DNA of 64,000 nt from Octopus sinensis (taxonomy: Eukaryota): NCBI RefSeq assembly GCF_006345805.1, contig NC_043003.1:86428001-86492000 (forward strand), given 5' to 3'. Both the position numbers and the translations under genes were made by a program. Every line of letters begins with the position of its first letter. Positions within the stretch are counted from its first letter, which is position 1. Under the pieces are notes generated by a model. The model was not told the DNA's origin. It did not search any database and saw nothing but the letters and a program-made list of their open reading frames with translations. This document shows positions 54,668 to 64,000 of the stretch, piece by piece.

Positions 54668-54740
54668 TATTGGGTTGAAAAAGTTTTTGCATAAAATTTT
54701 GAAGGTTGCACACTATTCAAAAGAATTTTTCTACCCAATA
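54668..54740. mobile_element. ~73-bp mariner-derived mini-MITE
   Basis: TA-TTGGGTTGAAAAA ... TTTTTCTACCCAA-TA inverted ends. Confidence 0.5.
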
Positions 54741-54809
54741 TTCACAAACTATTATCTATAGTTCGAGATTAATTTTTTTCTAAAAATAGAATATACATAT
54801 ATATGCTCG

Positions 54810-54876
<67 letters not shown>

Positions 54877-55358
54877 ATGTGTGTGCATAGGGAGAGAGAG
54901 TGAGAGAGAGATGTCCAAAATGTCGCATTTATATAGAAACCTACGCGAACTAAAATATATTTTCTGTCTTTCTTCCCCATTATATTTCCCATCTTTTACT
55001 GTTCGCCAAATTGTAATTCCAACAGAACAATCTTTCTAATGCTTGGCCGACTACTGTCAGCATTTCTTTGCAAATTTCTAGCAACGAAACCAATTCCTCA
55101 GAGATCAACCATTTCTGTGCCAGGCCTGACTGACTAATGAAACCGATACAACATTTTTGGTGATGTTCTATTTAATGAACAAATACATTACTGACAGCCC
55201 ATATATTCAATAGGAGAAGCCATCTACTGACACCAGTCTTGCTACTTTTAAAGTGAATACTAAAAGGAAAAGAACAAGAAACTAAATTAAGCACTCCCTA
55301 CCACCGTTCATAAACATTACAATAATACCCACTATTCCTCCTCCTCCTCCTCCTCCTC

Positions 55359-55393
<35 letters not shown>

Positions 55394-55949
55394 GCTACTA
55401 GTATGCCTAATACAGATATGCAAACACACATATATATGTGTGTGTGAGTATATACACGTATATACACGTATATAAATTTATATATATAATATGAAATAAT
55501 AAGGATGAAACATTGAATGTTAATTTGATTAATATCAATTTAAAACCGGTGGCCTACTATATTGAAAAATCTGAAGATTCAGAAAAATTATTTTACATAC
55601 ATATAAGTGGTCATCCATTATGCTAGAAGTAGATTCCCTATGGTCATACCACTAAGAAAAGATTGTTCTCAACGAGTCATTCATTCGTCACCTCTCCTTT
55701 CGCACAGTCGTTCTACAAGTGGTGACTCCTTCTAACACGCAGCCAAATACTCAGCCGGCCTTACGTTCACACGAACGTCTACAAATTGGTGACCCAGTGC
55801 CAGCTTAATAACCAAACCGCTATAAAATCTGTAGCGGACGCTTAGTGAAATTCTCTCTCTCTCTCTCTCTCTCTCTCACTGACATATATAATATAAATAC
55901 GGACGTACTAGATAACAGCTAACCTTCGGATTTGGGCCCTGTTGTGTCC

Positions 55950-56188
55950 ACTACTCTGATTGGTTGGTATTGGCGCAGTTTGTCGCTTGCTCTATTACGC
56001 ACCAATGTGCGACCCAACCAATCGCACCCTTCTGATAAGGTCCCGTGACACAGTCTTCTAAATTCTCCGCTGGAGCCTCCTAGTCTCTATAAAAGCTAGA
56101 TCAACAAACCGTATTTTGTCTTTGGTTCTAGACCACTGACCACAGAGCACAGCCAGTTCCAGCAGAGAATTTAGAAGACTGTGTCACG
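55950..56188 (+). promoter_or_regulatory. CCAAT/TATA-like cassette enclosed in inverted repeats
   Basis: GATTGGTTGG (~55958) and CCAACCAATC (~56016); TATAAAA at ~56088 between 31-bp inverted repeats 56044-56074 / 56158-56188. Confidence 0.3.
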
Positions 56189-59121
56189 TGTAGAACGACA
56201 ATGCTAAAACGTATTTGAAACAATGGACAACAGTCGAAATATTATAATGGATGGTTAAATAAGCATTCTTAAAGAGAAACAATGCATTGGTATGTAAATA
56301 AATGTATTAATAAATAGAAGAGAGGAAAGGGAGCATCACCTGTCAAGTAACTCAGAATAGGTCAACTTTAATGCGGTGATTAAGATTGTTTAGTATTGGA
56401 TATTCATCGCGTACAGTGTTCCTAGTCAAATTAATCACAGTCGCAAGTGGACAGTAGAAATAAATGAATAGACAAAATCCTTTCACTTGTATGATATTCT
56501 CTAACCAAAACTTAAACTACACACACCAATATACATAGAGAGAGTAATAATATAGAATTACAACATATAAATAAATAATAAATTTTTAAAATGTGATAAC
56601 CACTAAAAATATCCTCTAATGCCAATATACGACAATATAGATTTAAAAAGTATGGAACTATGTACATACAATGAATTTGGATAAATCTTTTGAATTAATA
56701 TAATTTTTTTTACATGAAAAAAAACTACCGGAGATATAACACGTGTTGTGCTAAAAATAACGGCTAAATAAGATTTTTTGGATAAATCTTTTAAATTAGC
56801 ATAAACATTTATTTACATGAAAACAAAATGACAGTTTCCTATTCCTGTTTCCTGACTGGGTCACCACGCAGGTGGACAGTCGAAATAAATAAATAGACAA
56901 AATTCTTTCACTTTTATAAAAAGATTATAAAAGTATGGAAGACACTACATACATGGAAGACACTACATACAAAAAAAACTATGTCCATTTACGTCCATTT
57001 ACGCGGGAGCTCTATGCATGACAATCCTTGGGACATAAATTATGTGCATGTAAAGTTTGGAGAAAATCGGTTGAGAATTGTGGAAATGTATGCGTTAGCC
57101 ATTATACACACATACTGTGATTTACATATACTGTGACACACCGAAACAAATACAACTAATCACTAAGCTGTACGTATACATTCTTCCTATATATATGGTT
57201 TACTCTCTAGTTGGCAAAAGTGTATATACGATTTACCTTCAATGTATGAGCGTTCAATTTCTGCCGAACGACCTCCACGGGTGCTTTGTTTATAGTGATC
57301 GCGTCTCATATTAGCTCACTCTCTCTATCAAAAGGAGGTTGTCTAAATAAGTGCATGGTGTACCACGCATCAAGTGTAGAAGTAATCGCAGAGCGACGTG
57401 AGATGAAGTGTTTTGCTCAAGAACACAACGCACTACCCGGTCTAGGAATTGAAATCACGATCGCCAAATAATGATTTGAACACCCTAATAAGACATGCAC
57501 CGTCACCGTCCCCTTTCTACTTAAATGATACTTAGAAATCGATTCCCAATATGTGTAATTTTTCTGATAAGTTACGTCTAATTTCCCTGTATATATTTTG
57601 TCTAATAGTACACACTAAATATTTCTTTTATCATTTTATCAGTCTTAATCTCTATTCTTTGAACAAATTCAAAAGTAATTCATCTTATATGTAATTTTTT
57701 TATTATGCTAGAAATAGCAGGAATCAGGTGAGTAAATTTTAAGGCGTATAACAACAAACAACCATATTTTGTTAAATATATATATATAAGTTGAAAATTA
57801 AAAGAATTTCTTAGTCAAAACTGTAATAATTTTTTTTCTTTTACATAATCACTAATTTTTCATTAGCTACTTGCTTTTAGCAAGTGTTCGTCTTCACTAG
57901 AAAGATCACTATAAATTTTTTCTAGTGTACGCGATTACTATAGCGACATTTCTACTGAACTGTCTCCGCAACTAAACTATTTTCTCTGGTGAACATAATA
58001 CATTATTTCGTTCAAACTAAACTTATAGCAGATTCGCAGTCCCGTGACGTTATGGATTTTGTATTTCATCTTTGCAGTTGATTGAAACCGCCCAAATAAA
58101 TATTTGCAATAATACTTCCGTGATTTCGTATTCTGAAGAATAATGACAATATTGTGTATTACATCGATCTGGAGTCTGTCACTAAATTTTGCTTTCAGGA
58201 ATCTCTCTCGAAATTACTATGTACACTACATACATCGCACGCGAACACATATATATATTTGTGTGTATATGTGTGTGTGTGTGCGCGTATGTATGGATGT
58301 AAGTAGCTTTGCATGTATGTATCTATGTATGTATACACCAACCACCGCACATACACGCACAAATATTTCATTAAATACACGATTATCCTCAAACTTTGTC
58401 CTTTTATCTTCCGTTCTCGTCTTATTAAATTTTTTCACAGTTATTTTTAACTATCACATTTCTCAATTCATATGTAACGCTTCCAGAATTTCCCAGTTTT
58501 CAATTTTAAGAATTGGATATACTTGTCCACAGTGTCATTTGCCATGTAGTCTTTAAATTCCTGTAGACTTCCACCAAAGGGTGTATTTTATTTATTTATT
58601 TATTTTACCGTTGGGCTTCTACGTGGAGGATCACGAGTTGATTTGCTTGTTGTGTTCAAATTATTGACCACTAGCGCTTGTAGCCACGTGTTAACGTTTT
58701 GATGTTTTGATGCTTGTGCCATTTATTTATTAATTTTACCATTGTATTGTTACATGAGTAAGGTTTCAATGATTAATCGTTTTTGAGAAGAATTTTATAT
58801 AGTAATACCTAGTATTTTGCTATAAAACTTTGTTTTGTGGCGTTTTGCTATTGCTCCTTGGTGTAAATGCATGATGATCCTTCGAATGGGAGTTGTACAA
58901 ATATGCCCAATGTAAAACCTAGAACACTGAAGTTTACACATGAAGTTTTACAATCAAACGTGTATATTAAATTAATCATTAATAGCTATCACTCATGTTT
59001 AATTTTACAAGGAACAACGTCAAGACATTATACAATACACCACGATATTAGATAGAAAAATACTAGACGATTATACCCTTTAAAATTCCTCATTAATGGA
59101 AGCCATACCCATATCGCAATA

Positions 59122-59991
59122 CGTGATTAAATCAATAAGTATCCGGACTGTTGCCATAGAAACAAAGTTAAAGCACACAGAGTGAAGCTGCTTGGCACAG
59201 ATTGACCTTGTACTATGCTGTGTATAACTTTTAACGCCCTAGCTCACTTTCACTGTTTACAGAGGCGCTTGGAATGAATGTGTGTAGCGTGTGATCGTCG
59301 CACTGAATATGACAGAGAAAGTTGAGCAGAGAATATGCATCAAATTTTGCCAAAAATTTGGAGATACTTGCGCAAAGTTTTCAAAATGCTCTCATTGTTC
59401 TCGATACATACAAGGAGATCTTGTGAAATCCGAGTATCTTTTTTTTCAGCTGAAAGCAGTTATGGCACAATCTTCGCAGACACGCACCTCATACCCAAAT
59501 CCTCAGTGATAATGAATTGAATTCAACCATAACTATTCTGCACATCATCTGATAACTCACGGATGGCGATTCGACGATTTCCTCTCACAGCCGCATGCAC
59601 ATCTACGATGTTTTTCTCATTTCTGCTGGTTGCAGGTCTCCCAAAACGTTCGTCAATATCGACATATTTTTCGGTCATTTTGGAAACATCTTTACCACTC
59701 GTACACTCGTGTGCGGCTCATACACATCTCTCCATATACTTTCTGCAACTTTGCGTGAGCCTCTGAATAGGTATCACCATGACAACTTTCTCTGTCATGG
59801 TCAATGCGACGATCACACGCTACACACCTTTCTTGGAAACGCTGTTACAAACAGCAGAAGTGAGCTAGAACGTTAAAACTTAGTGCGCACACACAACAGA
59901 GCTCAAGGTTAATCTCTATCAAACGGCTTTACTCTGGATGTTTTAGCTTCATCACTATATCAACAGTCCGTATACTTATTGATCAGACTCG
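59122..59991. mobile_element. Non-autonomous mariner built from two head-to-head 5' halves
   Basis: TA-flanked TIRs (..TCAATAAGTATCCGGACTG / CAGTCCGTATACTTATTGA..); MTEKVEQRICIKFCQK on + at ~59309; VYEW..DDER.GRP..NRR..IRELS..DLGMRRV on - at 59460-59800. Confidence 0.8.
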
Positions 59992-60301
59992 TACAACACA
60001 GACATAATAAAATATTATTATGTCTAACGGTTAAAAATTTAATTACAATAAACGGATCAAGCTGTGAATGTTCATATAGAAGCCAAACATAAGAATTCGA
60101 TAAGTAAATAAAAAAGAAAACATTCGCCAAATATATTCTATCCTTGTAAAAGAGACTTTGAAGCTCTGAAAACATCGGTTAAATGTAGAAAAAATATTAT
60201 TTCAAGGCAGCTGTAAAAAGCTAAGAAGAAAATATGAAAAATCTATAATTAAAAAAAATTAATTTGAGCAGAGTCGTGTGTTTTATGAAACAACATACAC
60301 A

Positions 60302-60362
<61 letters not shown>

Positions 60363-61282
60363 GCATACACACACATACACACAAACACACACATACATGA
60401 ACACACTCACATATATATATATATACACATACATGTATGTGTGCGTGTATATATATACCCATGTATATACATGTGTGTGTGTGTGTGTGTGAGCCGTCTA
60501 AGAGTCCATAAGTCAGGAAAAAATGCACTCGTATATCTGTCAGAAGAGTGGGCAAGGCCTGTGAGGCGCAGGCAGCAGTTACAAGATGGAAGATTTCGTG
60601 TGATCGCAAGATTGTTTATTCAAAAATCAAGTATGTGGTTTTCCAACGGTGTCCAGTCTCCCTACGATGCCTTGCCAAGTCCAACTATGCTTCTTATCTT
60701 GAGCATGATCCTGACATTGATCTTCTGTTGGCTTTGTTCTGAAAGACGCTTCTTAAAACCAGTCAGGAGCTGATCAAAAGTCATTCGAAACGGTAGCTTG
60801 CATTGTCTTCTTGACCAGATTCTGAAGGCGGTAAGTAAACAACACTATGCTCCGAAGAAGAGAACTACATTCGTTGAAGCTGGAAATAAACCATCTTTAT
60901 TACCAAAATCAAGGCCGACCTTCCTCTGAATGGTTTCTGATTGTTAGTTCCATGTCGATCTGACAGATGAAGTTTCAGAGTCACATATTACAAACATTTC
61001 TCCGACTAATTATGGAAGAGTCTAGAAATTATATGAAACGATAGAAGTAGTCTGCAGAGGCTTTAATTCTCTTTCACTCTGAAAATTTTGTCCTTGATCA
61101 GTCCTTACAAGGTCAGTAAACAATAGACCTGGTGAATCTGCATTGTGAAGACGCAGAGAAACCCATTAGGTGGCTTTAAATTAAGAGGGCTGATCCTTGA
61201 ACTGCTGCTTCTGGGACGCAAGACGGGGTTCATAACCACCTATTGATTCAACTGCTGGTTCAACAGAGCAAGTTTATCTGAT

Positions 61283-61444
61283 TATTTACATTATTTACAT
61301 TTGACGGATATTTGTCCTCATCGTGTTTGTTGCTAACACAACGTTTCGGCTGATATACTCGCCAGCCTTCATCATGTGTCTTGGGTAAATATCTAGCCTG
61401 GGTTCTCATTCCTAGGGTATTTTTCGATGTTGTTGTTGTTGTTG

Positions 61445-61496
<52 letters not shown>

Positions 61497-61620
61497 TATT
61501 ATTATTATCATTATTATTATTATTACTATTATTATTATTATTATCCAGGTCAGTGCCTGGAATCGAACTCGAAATATTGGTGTTAGTAGCCCGCCCTCTT
61601 AACTACTACGCCATATGCCC
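61283..61620 (-). mobile_element. tRNA-headed SINE (family D) with (AAT)n spacer and HHR-type tail
   Basis: A-box TGGCGTAGTAG (61603-61613), B-box GAGTTCGATTCC (61559-61570), tail ACAC ATGATGA A GGCTG..CAGCC GAAAC GTT GTGT (61336-61379; C3 mutated). Confidence 0.8.
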
Positions 61621-61622
61621 GT

Positions 61623-61649
61623 GGGCAAGATTCCGAGTTCGATTCCAGA

Positions 61650-61725
<76 letters not shown>

Positions 61726-61948
61726 AAGAAGAAGAAGAAGAAGAAGAAGAAGAAGAAGAAGAAGAAAAAGGATGTTGATGATGATGATGATGATGATATT
61801 TGAAATTTCTCCAAGATACTCGATGAAGTCTAGAGGGTATATCAGCCGAAACGTTGTGTTAATAACAAACAAGATGAGGACAAATATCCGTCAAATATAA
61901 ATAATGTAAATAATGTACATAATTCCTCATCTCTTAAATATAGAACTG
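61623..61948 (+). mobile_element. Second, inverted copy of SINE family D (head internally deleted)
   Basis: GGGC AAGATTCCGAGTTCGATTCCAG ACCTG (AAT)n(AAG)n .. TCGATGA A..CAGCC GAAAC GTT GTGT (61816-61859). Confidence 0.75.
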
Positions 61949-62479
61949 AAGTTTATCTGATGTTGAATGATCTGAAACAACTGTTGACTTCTGCATCCCA
62001 TCTAAAGCACGAGATATATATATTGCACACATACATACAGGCCTATATGCATGCATCTATATGTAAATAGATATAGATAGATAGCAAAATAAATAATCTT
62101 ATGGATAAACGAACTTGCTTATAGATTTATTCACAATATAAATAATAAATTTATTATTAATACTCCTAATTATATACTTTCTATAGAAAGTTTCGCGGGT
62201 TTTATCAGCCATCATGTAACATTACTGGCGATGTTAACCTTACGAGATTTAATAGTGATAAAAAAAAACCTTACAATAAGCTTGTGTCTCTATTCTGTCC
62301 TCTATATCTATGTTTTGAACTAAAGTTTTGGCTTAACTGTTAATGATATTCGCAGATGTGACAGTAGATTTGAGTTCTTACAGACACCACCACATCTCAA
62401 TGAGACGGTCATCTACTTAACATTGCCATCCGGTCTCGGTGATTAAGAAACCGGTCAAAAGAGTAAGTGGACGTATTTA

Positions 62480-62900
62480 AAGTGTGACCTCTATTAAGGA
62501 AACCTTTGGTAGAATCGCCTTTGTTGCAGCAACGCCATATCAACAAGAAGATTCGAAAATAAAATCCTTAACGCCCAACCAGAACTTACATGATATGAAA
62601 GGGCACGTCAGGAGCAGTGGGTAAAAACAACGCATCCAGCATGAAGCAATTGTAGGAGGTCTCCTTGAAAAACAAATGCATAACCACACAATATCATTCA
62701 GGAGCCACAAGAGGCGGAACACAGCTACCCACGCGCATATGGTGGTTAAAGTAGGCGACTAACAACTAAGAAATCAAGTGGAGGTTATTCAAGAAATACA
62801 AGTCTTACTCCAACTTGCAGCAAAAGATGCAAACTGTGTTTAGTAGAAAAAAGACAAATGGCATTGAATTACGTTCTTACTTGCACGTATGATCTCAAAT
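62480..62900 (+). pseudogene. PLE GIY-YIG endonuclease C-terminal remnant
   Basis: QMHNHTISFRSHKRRNTAT..IWWLK..EIKWRLFKKYKSYSNL..KRCKLCLVEKRQM across frameshifts. Confidence 0.7.
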
Positions 62901-63821
62901 GTTGCTTCAAGCCACTAATGGGGGAGGACGCCTACATCGCTTCATCTTATCAATTCTCGCGACCGACCTACTATAGACTCCTTCATAACTTCTTTCCTTT
63001 ACTACCCCAGTCCTTCACGTATCTCTTCTTCACTGCCACGCCTTTTTCACTTCCTCATTATTTTCTCTTTTTTATTGTTTGTCGCTTCTCTCTCTGTCTT
63101 CTACTTTTCACATTTTTTGTCCTACCACTAACCCCGCACTTATCACTTTCATTTATCTATCCATCCATACATACAAACATACATACATATGTTTGTCTGT
63201 GTGTGCGCACAAAGAAATCGTCAGACGCTCGCTCAACAAAGTAGATTTCAGTGTTTGATCCAGCTCTTTACGTTGTGTGTTCAAATCCAGGTGAGGTCAA
63301 ATTTGCGCTTTATTTCACAGGGATCGATAAAATACATCTATCAAATACCTAGATCGTTGTTACCGAGTAATCCACTCACACCCTCTAAACACTGTCTTCT
63401 GTCTATTTGCTTATGTTAAAATCAATTACATACATATATATGTGTGTGTGAGAGTTTTTTTTTATTTTTGTTTCTGTGTATGTGTATGTGTGAGTAGAAT
63501 TGTGTGAATCTTTGCGATATGATTAAGCGTAAAGCTTAGCTTATTATATTTCTGCTTCGTGCACATACATATGTCTGTAAATGTGAAAGTGGGCGAATAT
63601 TTCTATACATGCCATATAAAGACAAAGTTGTACAAAGGGAATCGTAGAAGCATGGTGATATGTGAGCATTTGTGCGTACACATAAGTGTATACGTGTGTG
63701 TATGTGTGCGCGTGCGATTGTGCGTGTGTAAGTGTGCGCGTGTGCATGTGTGTGTATGTGTGTGCGCGTGTGTAGAACTATAAGAAACAGTCTACGCATA
63801 CATTCATATATGCATACTCAC

Positions 63822-63959
63822 AACCACTTATTATGAGTGCGTGGGAGTCTATAGCTTTGTCTGCATATGCGCGTGTACTTATTGTTATTGGCTGATCTCT
63901 ACTTGTCCAGCAGTAAGATGTATACAGCTTAACGAAATAAGGATGAGCTACTTCAGCTT
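63822..63959 (-). CDS. Candidate internal coding exon of an unidentified host gene (138 nt, phase 1-1)
   Basis: Acceptor TTCTTTTATACATTGACAG, donor GTGAGT; only one frame open: AEVAHPYFVKLYTSYCWTSRDQPITISTRAYADKAIDSHALIISG. No homology recognised. Confidence 0.4.
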
Positions 63960-64000
63960 CTGTCAATGTATAAAAGAATTACTTGAGCTAGATATTGAGA

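Noticed and set aside
60500-60930. GC-richer segment with 64-169-aa ORFs and a GAAACGGTA string
   Set aside because: No recognisable domain; core reads CUGAUCA with an unpaired stem II.
61545-61620. tRNA gene call for SINE heads (also 34072.., 37356..)
   Set aside because: A/B boxes are present but there is no complete cloverleaf or acceptor stem; they continue into SINE bodies.
63920-63950. HPYFVKLY resembles the kinase subdomain IV motif of PDK1 (HPFFVKLY)
   Set aside because: Flanking residues do not follow the kinase pattern; no gene symbol assigned.

Overview
AT-rich, microsatellite-saturated non-coding animal DNA. The SINE families and repeat density suggest an octopus/coleoid cephalopod (inference). 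No intact protein-coding gene is evident: most listed ORFs are microsatellite artefacts and the rest are decayed transposons (RTE, Tx1/L1, R4/Dong-like and Penelope-like retroelements; Helitron, hAT-like and Tc1/mariner DNA elements), alongside many tRNA-derived SINEs. The stand-out signal is a dense set of type I hammerhead ribozyme (HHR) motifs in small non-coding elements with Penelope-like (PLE) architecture. These are (i) a ~482-nt retrozyme-like unit present as one inverted plus two tandem copies, each with a canonical HHR core (22.3-23.7 kb); (ii) a ~360-nt-period fold-back element with an extended HHR (20.8-21.5 kb); (iii) a tRNA-headed SINE with an HHR-type tail, inserted as a head-to-head pair inside one 13-bp target-site duplication (61.3-62.0 kb); (iv) a canonical-core minimal HHR at 51.27 kb; and (v) several unrelated HHR-like families sharing a CCGA (U4C) core variant. 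PLE RT and GIY-YIG remnants, the plausible mobilising machinery, lie in the same window. Also notable are an ORF1-only (HAL1-like) Tx1 derivative and a Tx1 copy embedded in a (GATA)n tract. Host exons are only weakly suggested. All ribozyme and family assignments were read by eye and are untested.
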